DNA from: Candidatus Woesearchaeota archaeon
GTDB lineage: Archaea; Nanobdellota; Nanobdellia; Pacearchaeales; GW2011-AR1
Reading direction: 5' to 3'
Length of the DNA stretch: 58,663 nt
Assembly: GCA_964485325.1 (NCBI GenBank)
Contig: CAZAIT010000001.1
Coordinates: forward strand, 1-58,663
The notes under the pieces are model-generated. The model saw only the letters and a list, made by a program, of their open reading frames with translations, searched no databases and was not told the DNA's origin. Within the stretch, counting starts at the first letter, position 1, and every line of letters starts with the position of its first letter. This document shows, one piece after another, positions 9,492-17,632 of the stretch. The position numbers and the translations under genes were made by a program.

Positions 9492-10013
9492 ATGAATAAA
9501 TTACATTCTGGAGCTAAATGGTCATTCCGATTCAAAGGATATGCAACATTTCTTTTTTTAGTATTCTTTTTATCTTGGGCTATTATTCCTACATTCGGAT
9601 TTGCGGGAGCTTTGTTTTCTAGTTCTGGAAGTTTTATAGGAATTGTTGTAGCAGGTATTATTTCTTATCTTATTTTTGCAATTATTGTTTCTGAAATTTA
9701 CGCTAGGATGGCTTATAGTAGATGGTTTTATGAATTTACTAATACAAATTTAAAAATTGAAAAAGGTATAATTTGGAAGAAATACTCTAATGTTCCTTAC
9801 GAAAGAGTTCAAAATGTTGATATTCATCGTGGTATTTTGGCTAGAATGTTTGGATTTTCTTCAGTTGCAATTCAGACTGCTGGATTATCATATAGTCGTC
9901 GTGGTGGTGCTGGCGCAGAAGGATCTATTCCTGCGGTAGATACTAAGCGTGCAGAAGAGATTAGGGAATTTTTAATGAAAAAGATTAGTAAGTCTCATGG
10001 GCAAGGAATGTGA
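9492..10013 (+). CDS. membrane protein with bacterial-type PH (YdbS/YdbT-like) domain
   Basis: Two N-terminal TM helices, then YEFTNTNLKIEKGIIWKKYSNVPYERVQNVDIHRGILARMFGFSSVAIQTAG, typical of bPH_2/DUF304. Confidence 0.6.
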   Translation: MNKLHSGAKWSFRFKGYATFLFLVFFLSWAIIPTFGFAGALFSSSGSFIGIVVAGIISYLIFAIIVSEIYARMAYSRWFYEFTNTNLKIEKGIIWKKYSNVPYERVQNVDIHRGILARMFGFSSVAIQTAGLSYSRRGGAGAEGSIPAVDTKRAEEIREFLMKKISKSHGQGM

Positions 10014-10673
10014 TTAAAATAATTTCTGTTGATTTACTTTTTTAGCTTTAATCAATTTTTTAACTGTATTCCAAGAAAATCTAATTATTTGTTCATATTT
10101 TTCGTTATCAAAATTATTTAAAATGAATTCTTTTGTTTTGGGATCTGCAGGATATCCTGACCCAAAGTCAACTCCAAATTTTTTTCTAAGTTTTTTCATT
10201 TCATCTTCACGTTTTTCTTTGGCGAAAATTGATGCAGCTGATACGACTGGATGATTATAATCAGCTTTATGTTCACAAGAAAGATTTATTATTTCTGGTC
10301 GTTCTATTAGTTTCTGTACATCGTTTGACCATGCTTGGATATTTACAGATGGACAATCTACAATTACATCTACTTTTTCATTTATATCTTTTGTGAGTTT
10401 ATTAATTATTTTTGCTGTTTTTATGGCTTCTAAATAATTAAGATTTGAAGATTTATCTATTTCTTTCGGAGAACTGGTTTCAATATGGTGTTTAAATTGA
10501 GATACCATGTTTTCTTTTATTTCTTTTCTTCTGGTTGGTGTTAAAAGTTTTGAATCTTTTGCTCCAAGCTCTTTTATTATTCTTTCTTTATCTGATTCAA
10601 TTAAAACACCTGCTAAAATCATTGGTCCTAAAACTGGACCACGTCCTGCATCGTCAATACCTAGAAGTTTCAT
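10014..10673 (-). CDS. rnhB: ribonuclease HII
   Basis: MKLLGIDDAGRGPVLGPM active-site start, later SAASIFAK and SGYPAD motifs. Confidence 0.9.
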   Translation of the reverse strand: MKLLGIDDAGRGPVLGPMILAGVLIESDKERIIKELGAKDSKLLTPTRRKEIKENMVSQFKHHIETSSPKEIDKSSNLNYLEAIKTAKIINKLTKDINEKVDVIVDCPSVNIQAWSNDVQKLIERPEIINLSCEHKADYNHPVVSAASIFAKEKREDEMKKLRKKFGVDFGSGYPADPKTKEFILNNFDNEKYEQIIRFSWNTVKKLIKAKKVNQQKLF

Positions 10674-10948
10674 TTTAGTTTAACCTTTTTTGTTTTTCCA
10701 TATAGAAATATTCCTGTAATGATTAAAATAAATTCAAATAGGGATAGGCTATTCATAATTAATACTGGAACGTTTTTTATTTCAATTCCATATAAAATCC
10801 ATACAATTGTACCCATTGTTAAAATTATATATGTTAAAGGAGAGATGTCTTTTGCACTTTTTGTCTTGAATATTTTATAAATTTGTGGAAGGTTAGCAAA
10901 GCCGTTCATAATTCCAAAAATCGTTGCTAAAGTGGAAAGTATTGTCAT
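10670..10948 (-). CDS. semiSWEET / PQ-loop 3-TM membrane protein
   Basis: 92 aa with three TM helices and the PQ motif ANLPQIYKIFKTKSAKDISP. Confidence 0.6.
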   Translation of the reverse strand: MTILSTLATIFGIMNGFANLPQIYKIFKTKSAKDISPLTYIILTMGTIVWILYGIEIKNVPVLIMNSLSLFEFILIITGIFLYGKTKKVKLK

Positions 10949-11000
10949 ATGGTATAGAGAAAAGAAAGCTTTATAATGCTTTTTAGGTGCGTATTCTTAT

Positions 11001-11076
11001 AGCGGGATGGAGCAGTCTGGTCAGCTCGTGAGGCCCATAACCTCAAGGTCACGTGGTTCAAATCCCGTTCCCGCTA
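11001..11076 (+). tRNA. tRNA-Met (CAT), probably initiator type
   Basis: Hand-folded cloverleaf: acceptor AGCGGGA/TCCCGCT with A1:U72, anticodon stem TGAGG/CCTCA, loop CCCATAA, T-loop TTCAAAT. CCA is not encoded. Confidence 0.8.
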
Positions 11077-11187
11077 TTTTTTTTTGAAAAATAATTTGAC
11101 GTGATTTGTATTTCGTGAAAATTGTATTTATATTTATTTTCACTCGAAGCGAATCTACTTACCCGCTATGAGGTGTTTTGAACTAAA

Positions 11188-11439
11188 CTATCTGTATACC
11201 AATTTTTGAATTAAAAGAAGTGACCACATTATTCCGTTAAATGTTGAGATGGCGGCAGATAGGAGTAAATTCATTGTTGCAAATATAGCTGCAAACATAA
11301 AAATTCCAATTGTAGATATAATTGCTGTTTGAAGTGTCATTGCTCCTACTTTGTTTTTGAATCCATGATAGACTTGCGGAATTAATGCATATCCAACTAT
11401 TATATTTGTTATACTAAGTGCCAAATCTTGCCATATCAT
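11188..11439 (-). CDS. second semiSWEET / PQ-loop-like 3-TM protein
   Basis: 83 aa with three hydrophobic helices and the PQ motif ALIPQVYHGFKNKVGAMTLQ. Confidence 0.5.
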   Translation of the reverse strand: MIWQDLALSITNIIVGYALIPQVYHGFKNKVGAMTLQTAIISTIGIFMFAAIFATMNLLLSAAISTFNGIMWSLLLIQKLVYR

Positions 11440-11511
11440 TGGGTTAGAGGATTATTTTTGTTTATTAGCATTTATGTTATAGAAGCGTAGATATTAGAGA
11501 TAGAGTTTGAA

Positions 11512-11595
11512 TGTGGGGAGGAGGATTCGAACCCCCGTAAGCAAAAAGCTACTGGATCTTAAGTCCAGCCCGTTTGGCCACTCCGGCATCCCCAC
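11512..11595 (-). tRNA. tRNA-Leu (TAA)
   Basis: Reverse complement folds with acceptor GTGGGGA/TCCCCAC, anticodon arm CTGGA-CTTAAGA-TCCAG, a long variable arm and T-loop TTCGAAT. Confidence 0.85.
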
Positions 11596-11685
11596 ATGGA
11601 AATAAACAATAAAAAGAGGTTATAAAATTATCGGAGTCTTCACCGTTAAGGGTATCTTTTTATAGCTATATCTATCCCTCCCCTT

Positions 11686-12165
11686 ATGAAAAATAAAAAT
11701 GTTGGGTTTTTTATTGTAGGAATTTCGGCTGTAATTGGATTAATTATTTTATTGTTTAATATGGGATTAAAAAATATTGTTGACCAAGCTTGTGACCATG
11801 GATCTTCCTGTGTCATGCATGAAACTATTACTCTGCAAACGAGTTTAAGTCTGGTGATTGCTGGTTTAGTTTTTCTAATAGGGATATTTTTTATTTTTAC
11901 AAAAGAAAATGAAAGAATTATAATTAAAAAAGTTAAAGAGAAAGTTAAGAAGAAAAAAATTGATTTAACTGGTTTCGATAGTGTAGAAAAAAAGGCAATC
12001 CAAATTTTACAAAGAGAAAATGGTGTTATTTTTCAGAAAACTTTAATGGAAGAGCTTGGTGTTGGAAAGGTAAAAATGACGCGTCTTATAGATAAGCTAG
12101 AAGCGAAACAATTGGCTGAGAGGAAAAGACGAGGAATGAATAATATAGTTGTTTTAAAGAATTAA
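11686..12165 (+). CDS. membrane-tethered winged-helix transcriptional regulator (COG2512-like)
   Basis: Two TM helices flank an external loop with CDHGSSC. C-terminal wHTH EKKAIQILQRENGVIFQKTLMEELGVGKVKMTRLIDKLEAKQLAERKRRG. Paralogue at 17181. Confidence 0.6.
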   Translation: MKNKNVGFFIVGISAVIGLIILLFNMGLKNIVDQACDHGSSCVMHETITLQTSLSLVIAGLVFLIGIFFIFTKENERIIIKKVKEKVKKKKIDLTGFDSVEKKAIQILQRENGVIFQKTLMEELGVGKVKMTRLIDKLEAKQLAERKRRGMNNIVVLKN

Positions 12166-12245
12166 TTTGCTATGTAACTAGTTTCAGCGAACAGGTTATA
12201 TAAAATATTTCTTATTAAATATTAATTAAATGGAGGTAAAATATT

Positions 12246-12449
12246 ATGAAAATTTGGATGATGATTGCTGTTGTTGGAATGCTTGCTATGGCTAGTTTTG
12301 CTGTAGTTAATGCATTTAGCTCAGAGAAAGTTGTAGAAGATACTACAGATGTCGCTCCTAGTTGTGGAGGAGGGTGTTCCGCTGGTAATACTTGTGGAAG
12401 TGCATCTTGTGAGTTTGCAGAAACTGGTAGTTGTGGATGTAGAAGATAG
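12246..12449 (+). CDS. small secreted cysteine-rich peptide
   Basis: Signal peptide MKIWMMIAVVGMLAMASFAVVNA, then CGGGCSAGNTCGSASCEFAETGSCGCRR. GGAGG lies about 10 nt upstream of the ATG. Confidence 0.5.
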   Translation: MKIWMMIAVVGMLAMASFAVVNAFSSEKVVEDTTDVAPSCGGGCSAGNTCGSASCEFAETGSCGCRR

Positions 12450-12516
12450 TGCTTTAAATTAATATTTATCTGATCCCCAGATAACTTTATTAATTTAGAA
12501 AATTGTTTTTTTCTAA

Positions 12517-12589
12517 GCCTATGTAGCTCAGTTGATAGAGCGCAACACTCGTAATGTTGAGGTCGCCGGTTTGACCCCGGTCATAGGCT
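12517..12589 (+). tRNA. tRNA-Thr (CGT)
   Basis: Acceptor GCCTATG/CATAGGC, D arm GCTC-AGTTGATA-GAGC, anticodon arm CAACA-CTCGTAA-TGTTG, T arm GCCGG-TTTGACC-CCGGT. Confidence 0.85.
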
Positions 12590-12639
12590 TAGAAAAGGAT
12601 AAAAAGATTGCTTATCTAATATATAAGAGGTAAAGTAAA

Positions 12640-12858
12640 ATGAAAAAAGATATTATTGAAAAATTAGCTACATTGATAACAGCCGCTTTTGGTTTGGTAG
12701 CTGCTTTAGCTTGGAACTCTGCAATACAAAATATTTTTGTAAGAATTTTTGGAGAAAAGAGTTCAATCTCAGCAATGCTTAGTTATGCAATTATTGTTAC
12801 TGTGATAGCTGTTTTTGTGACTATTTGGCTTGGAAAACTTTCTAATAAAGCTAAATAA
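12640..12858 (+). CDS. small two-TM membrane protein
   Basis: 72 aa with hydrophobic segments LATLITAAFGLVAALAW and AIIVTVIAVFVTIWLG. Confidence 0.45.
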   Translation: MKKDIIEKLATLITAAFGLVAALAWNSAIQNIFVRIFGEKSSISAMLSYAIIVTVIAVFVTIWLGKLSNKAK

Positions 12859-12903
12859 TTGCGTCAGTTAATTTTATAAAAGATTTTATTTTTGTAATTT
12901 GAA

Positions 12904-13107
12904 ATGGATGGATTTGATTTAACAAAGTTTCAAGAGAAAGGAGAAGATCAAGATAAGATTCGTAAGATTATGGGGAAGGTTCTTTCTGGGCGTAGTGATT
13001 ATGAGGCAATTATAGAAGAGAGAAAAGATATCAAAAGATGTGATGAATGTAATTGGGCATTAGAAGGTGGAGAGAAGTTTTGTCCTGAGTGTGGAAAGAA
13101 GTGTTAA
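12904..13107 (+). CDS. small zinc-ribbon protein
   Basis: C-terminal CDEC-x11-CPEC Zn-ribbon (CDECNWALEGGEKFCPECGKKC). Confidence 0.5.
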   Translation: MDGFDLTKFQEKGEDQDKIRKIMGKVLSGRSDYEAIIEERKDIKRCDECNWALEGGEKFCPECGKKC

Positions 13108-13303
13108 GATTTGATTTTATATAAAATTGTTCTGATTTTTTTGGAATGTTCGTAAATTTTGTTTCTTTTTTTTAAACCTATTTAGGATTAATGATGTATA
13201 ACTTCTGCCAACTTTTAATTTTTTAGAAATTTCTATTGTTGATTTTAGAGTTTTTAAAAATCTAAGAATTTTGTTTTTAATTGTTTTTGTTCTTGGGTTA
13301 AAT

Positions 13304-13633
13304 TTATGACATTTCTCCAATTCTTTCTCCGTAATCGCATTTTGTACATTGTAGTAAATATATCCAATCTTCGTCGCCATACATTATTCCGAGATCAATT
13401 ACTCTACATTTTTTGTTTCCACATTTTGGGCATTTGAAATCATATCCTATCTTTGCATTATTTTTTGCAACACCAGTTCCTAATTTTTCTTTTTTGAATT
13501 TTTCTGTTGTAAATACTGAAGAATTCTCAGTTTTCTTTTTTGTTTTACATTTTCGGCATATAAGATATTCTTGATTCTCCCATGCTCGTATTTTTAAAAT
13601 ACCATGACATTTTTTACAGAATTCTATTGGCAT
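13304..13633 (-). CDS. tfs: transcription factor S / RpoM-like double zinc-ribbon protein
   Basis: N-terminal ribbon FCKKCHGIL...LICRKCK. C-terminal TFIIS-type ribbon CPKCGNKKC...YGDED...LQCTKCDY with an acidic loop. Confidence 0.6.
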   Translation of the reverse strand: MPIEFCKKCHGILKIRAWENQEYLICRKCKTKKKTENSSVFTTEKFKKEKLGTGVAKNNAKIGYDFKCPKCGNKKCRVIDLGIMYGDEDWIYLLQCTKCDYGERIGEMS

Positions 13634-13709
13634 ATTATATTATAAGAAAGAGAATTTATAAATTTTCCGTGACGATTAACTTTAAAATCTGCCTTGTCAT
13701 TTTTATACT

Positions 13710-13751
13710 ATGAAATTAATTATAATTCACAAGGAAAAATGCAATGAGTAA
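13710..13751 (+). pseudogene. vestigial duplicate of the ABCE1 5' end (13 codons, then stop)
   Basis: ATGAAATTAATTATAATTCACAAGGAAAAATGCAA (MKLIIIHKEKCNE*) matches the real ABCE1 start ATGAAATTAGCTATAATTCACAAAGATAAATGCAA (MKLAIIHKDKCKP) at 14679. Same CTTTAAAA box exactly 22 nt upstream in both copies. Confidence 0.6.
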
Positions 13752-14523
13752 TAAATCGACTAGAATTTTTTTAATTATTGGGTTAACTAAAGAAAGTACC
13801 CACTGGGATGATACATTTGTAGAAACAATAAAAGAGAAATTTAAAACAGATGATATTATAGCTTTAGATCTTCCAGGATCTGGAAAGTATTTGGATCAAA
13901 AGTCTCCAATGAGTCTGAAAAGGATTGTTAGAAATACAAGAATTAATTATAAAGAATTTTTAAAAGGTGATACTCATAATATTTTAATTTCTGTTTCTCT
14001 TGGAGGAATGGTTGGTACAGCTTGGCTTGAACAATTTCCTGATGATTTTGACCAATTTATAATTATTAATTCAAGTTTAAAAAGTTACAGTCCTATTTAC
14101 AAAAGAACTCTACCTTGGGCAATGAAAAGACTTTTCGGAGTATTCTTTGCATCAACTCCCGAAAATAAAGAGCATAAAGTTATTGAACTTTGTAGCAATA
14201 ATAATGAGGTCTATGATCATGTTAAAGCAAAATGGGTGAAAATTGCCAAAGAAAGACCAATGAGTAGAGCAAATATGGTTAGACAACTTATAGCTGGAGC
14301 TGCTTACAAGTCAACCTATAAACCTAATTTACCTTTATTGATTATTGCCACAAGGCATGACAAGATTGCTCATCATTCTTGTTCAGAAGATTTACATAAA
14401 AATTGGGGTGGAGATCTTCATATGATTGAAGAAGATTATGTTGGACATGCAGCTCATATTGATGCGCCTGTTGAACTGGCAACAATAATATATGACTGGA
14501 CTGAAAAACAAAATAATGTTTAA
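13744..14523 (+). CDS. alpha/beta-fold hydrolase
   Basis: DLPGSGKY, nucleophile elbow ISVSLGGMVG, C-terminal VGHAAHIDAP. Confidence 0.75.
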   Translation: MSNKSTRIFLIIGLTKESTHWDDTFVETIKEKFKTDDIIALDLPGSGKYLDQKSPMSLKRIVRNTRINYKEFLKGDTHNILISVSLGGMVGTAWLEQFPDDFDQFIIINSSLKSYSPIYKRTLPWAMKRLFGVFFASTPENKEHKVIELCSNNNEVYDHVKAKWVKIAKERPMSRANMVRQLIAGAAYKSTYKPNLPLLIIATRHDKIAHHSCSEDLHKNWGGDLHMIEEDYVGHAAHIDAPVELATIIYDWTEKQNNV

Positions 14524-14678
14524 AAATTTTACAAAGTACTTTTTCTTTACTAATTATTTTTGGATAGATAGATATTATGTTAGTAACTGTTTTAAGTGTT
14601 GGTAAATTTATTGATAAAATAGTTGTTTTAAAGAAAGGTAAGAAAAGTCTTTAAAACTGATTAATTCTATATGTTAAT

Positions 14679-16397
14679 ATGAAATTAGCTATAATTCACA
14701 AAGATAAATGCAAGCCGACTATTTGCGGACACGAATGTAAAAAGTATTGTCCGGTTGAGAAGAAGGAGCAAGATAGCTGTGTGATTATTGGAGAGAAAGC
14801 TGTGATTGACGAAAATACGTGTGTAGGTTGTGCGATTTGTGTGAAGCGTTGTCCGTTTGGAGCGATTGATATTATTAATTTGCCTTCTGTGGAAGAAAAG
14901 GATATGGTTCATAGGTATGGCGAGAACGGGTTTGCCTTGTATGGTTTGCCTGTTCCTAAAGAGGGTTTTGTTTTGGGATTGCTTGGTAGAAATGGTATAG
15001 GAAAATCTACGGCTGTAAAATTATTAGCAGGTACGGAAAAAATTAATTTGGGTAGTGATGCTAGTGAAGAAGATATAAAGAAGTTTTTCAAAGGTAATGA
15101 GATACTTAGATATTTTGAAGGTCTAAATGAGAAAGTTGTTTCATATAAGCCTCAGAATTTATCTCAGCTGGCTATTGATATTAGTGTTACGGATTTGTTG
15201 AAAAAAAGAGGCTCTAAAGAAGATATTGAAAAATTGGCAGAGAGATTAGGTATTTCTCATGTACTTAAAAATAAAATGGATAAATTATCTGGTGGAGAAT
15301 TGCAAAGAGTCGCTATTTTGGCAGCAAGTTTGGGAGATGCTTCGGTATACTTCTTTGATGAACCTTTGGCGTTTTTAGATATTGGGGAGAGATTACGAGT
15401 TTCGGATTTTTTGAAGGAAATTTCTAAAGACAAGACTTTGATTATTGTTGAACATGATTTATTGATACTTGATTATTTGACAGATTTTCTAAATATCTTT
15501 TTTGGAGGGCAGGGTTCTTTTGGTGTTGTTAGTGGAATAAAAACTTCTAAAGAAGGTGTTAATGCTTATTTGCATGGGTTTTTGAAAGAGGAAAATATTA
15601 GAATTAGAGACAAAGCTTTGAGTTTTAATTTTACAAAAAATGCGGCTATTTCTGGAAACAAGATTGGTAAGTGGCCTGCTTTTGATCTTAAATTTCCTTC
15701 AGGTTTTGAATTAAAAGTATGCGAGGGAGAAATTAGAAAGAATCATGTTATTGGAATTTTAGGTAAGAATGGAACAGGAAAAACTTCTTTTGTTCGAGCT
15801 CTAGCTGGAGAAATAGAAACTTCTTCGGGAAAGATTGATTTGGATTTGGATGTTTCTTATAAAGCTCAATATTTGTTTACAGATAGTGAAGAAGTTGTTA
15901 GAGATGTTTGTTTCAAGGAAAAAATTAATAAGAGGATGAAGAGCATGTTTAATGTTGGAGTTTTGGAATCTAAGAAAATTTGTGAATTGTCGGGTGGAGA
16001 GTTGCAGAGATTTAGTATTGCTAGATGTTTGGCTAAAGATGCAGATATATATTTGATTGATGAACCATCTGCTTATTTGGACGTTGAAGAAAGAATTTCT
16101 GTGGCTAAAGCAATTAAGGATGTAATGGTCGAAAAAGAAAAAACGGCTTTTGTTGTTGACCATGATCTACTACTTGTTTCTTATTTGGCTGATTCAATTA
16201 TTAATTTTGGCGGTGTTACTGGGAAGAATGGTTTAGCGAGCGAAATTAAAGATTTTAAAGAAGGCGTTTCTTGTTTACTTGAAGAGTTAGACGTTACATT
16301 AAGAAGAGATGCTGAATCGGGACGACCTAGAATTAACAAGAGAGGTTCTGTTTTAGATAGAGAACAAAAAGCTTCTGGGCAATGGGCCGTATTTTAA
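14679..16397 (+). CDS. ABCE1 / RNase L inhibitor-type ribosome recycling ATPase
   Basis: N-terminal 4Fe-4S motifs CKPTICGHECKKYCP and CVGCAICVKRCP. Two ABC cassettes (GRNGIGKST, LSGGELQR; GKNGTGKTS, LSGGELQR). Confidence 0.92.
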   Translation: MKLAIIHKDKCKPTICGHECKKYCPVEKKEQDSCVIIGEKAVIDENTCVGCAICVKRCPFGAIDIINLPSVEEKDMVHRYGENGFALYGLPVPKEGFVLGLLGRNGIGKSTAVKLLAGTEKINLGSDASEEDIKKFFKGNEILRYFEGLNEKVVSYKPQNLSQLAIDISVTDLLKKRGSKEDIEKLAERLGISHVLKNKMDKLSGGELQRVAILAASLGDASVYFFDEPLAFLDIGERLRVSDFLKEISKDKTLIIVEHDLLILDYLTDFLNIFFGGQGSFGVVSGIKTSKEGVNAYLHGFLKEENIRIRDKALSFNFTKNAAISGNKIGKWPAFDLKFPSGFELKVCEGEIRKNHVIGILGKNGTGKTSFVRALAGEIETSSGKIDLDLDVSYKAQYLFTDSEEVVRDVCFKEKINKRMKSMFNVGVLESKKICELSGGELQRFSIARCLAKDADIYLIDEPSAYLDVEERISVAKAIKDVMVEKEKTAFVVDHDLLLVSYLADSIINFGGVTGKNGLASEIKDFKEGVSCLLEELDVTLRRDAESGRPRINKRGSVLDREQKASGQWAVF

Positions 16398-16474
16398 TAA
16401 AAAACTCGTTTCAGTAAAAAGTATAGCTTGTTTCATTCTAATATATCTATGAAATGCAAGGGAGGATTAAAAAT

Positions 16475-16879
16475 ATGGGAAAGAAAATACTTACAGTTGG
16501 AGCTTTGCTTCTTGTTGGTCTTTTAGCTACTAGCGCGGTTATGGCTTATCAGGGTGACCCTTCGGTTAAAGGTCCGAACTTCTCTGAAGAAAGGCATGCG
16601 GCAATGCAAGATGCTATTGATAATTCAGATTATCAAGCTTGGTATGATTTGATGACTGAAGACGGTCGAAATCCAAGAATAGTTAATGTGATTACAAAAG
16701 ATAATTTTGTAGATTTTGCAGAAGCTAAAAAACTTGCTTTAGATGGAGATTTTTCTGCTATGGATGAGTTTAGAGCAGAATTCGGTCTTGGTCTTGGACA
16801 AATGAGACACGGTGAAGGCAAAGCTTTAGGTAGAGGACGTGGTCCTGAAGAAGGACGACATAATTGTCCTAACGCCTAA
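16475..16879 (+). CDS. secreted hypothetical protein
   Basis: ATG at 16475 preceded by GGAGG. Signal peptide MGKKILTVGALLLVGLLATSAVMA. Gly/Arg-rich C-terminus. Confidence 0.5.
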   Translation: MGKKILTVGALLLVGLLATSAVMAYQGDPSVKGPNFSEERHAAMQDAIDNSDYQAWYDLMTEDGRNPRIVNVITKDNFVDFAEAKKLALDGDFSAMDEFRAEFGLGLGQMRHGEGKALGRGRGPEEGRHNCPNA

Positions 16880-16941
16880 ATACAAAATGAATTTTTTTAT
16901 TTTTTTTATTTATAAAAGGTTAAAAACCTTAGGAAATTAAT

Positions 16942-17181
16942 ATGGATATGCCAATGAGAATGACTGGATGTGTTGCGAAAGGTGGAATGAGGCCGTTTAT
17001 GGGTGCTCATCCTTATAGTTGGGTGTTTCAATTATTAATTCTTATTGCAGTTGGGCTAATTATTTATTGGGTGTTTAAGGGTAATAAGAAAGAATCTGCA
17101 ATTGATATTGTCAAAAAAAGATATGCTAGCGGCGAGATAACTGAGGGTGAATTTAAAAAAATTAAGAAGGAACTTGCATAA
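16942..17181 (+). CDS. membrane protein with C-terminal SHOCT domain and Met-rich N-terminus
   Basis: MDMPMRMTGC... N-terminus, one TM helix, then VKKRYASGEITEGEFKKIKKEL (SHOCT-like). Confidence 0.6.
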   Translation: MDMPMRMTGCVAKGGMRPFMGAHPYSWVFQLLILIAVGLIIYWVFKGNKKESAIDIVKKRYASGEITEGEFKKIKKELA

Positions 17182-17594
17182 TGGAAATATCTTCTAGAAA
17201 ATTGATTACGGCTTTCGTTGCAGTTTTTTTACTTGGAGTTATGTTTTCTTTAGTTAACGGATATTATTCAACAGAAGAGGGGAGTAGTTTGCCATTGATT
17301 GTTTATGCAATTTCTTTTGTTTCAGTATTGATTGGTGGATTTATTGTAGTTTTATTTCAGGCTAAAATTAACAAAGTTCAACTTAATCGTGTTCTACAAA
17401 TTCTTCCTGAGAAAGAGCATAAAATTATTGGATTGCTTTTAGATAATAATAATTCTATGGAACAAAATAAATTAGTTGCTCTTAGCGAAATTAATAAGGT
17501 AAAAATGTCAAGAATTTTAACAGATTTAGAGTCCAGAAAAATTATTAGTAGAACTAATTTAGGAAATACGAAATTAATTGTTCTTAAAGTCTAA
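17181..17594 (+). CDS. membrane-tethered winged-helix regulator (COG2512-like), paralogue of 11686
   Basis: Two TM helices, then EHKIIGLLLDNNNSMEQNKLVALSEINKVKMSRILTDLESRKIISR. Its start ATG overlaps the stop of the SHOCT gene. Confidence 0.6.
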   Translation: MEISSRKLITAFVAVFLLGVMFSLVNGYYSTEEGSSLPLIVYAISFVSVLIGGFIVVLFQAKINKVQLNRVLQILPEKEHKIIGLLLDNNNSMEQNKLVALSEINKVKMSRILTDLESRKIISRTNLGNTKLIVLKV

Positions 17595-17632
17595 TTGTGA
17601 AACTTTAAATAGTATTTTTCTTTTATTGTTTT

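Noticed and set aside
13117-13380. 87-aa minus-strand ORF with an HTH-like segment (STIEISKKLKVGRSYTSLILNRF).
   Set aside because: Its only canonical start forces a 77-nt overlap with the 3' end of the TFS-like gene, including its last zinc ligands. No alternative start exists downstream of the TFS stop. It remains possible but unsupported.
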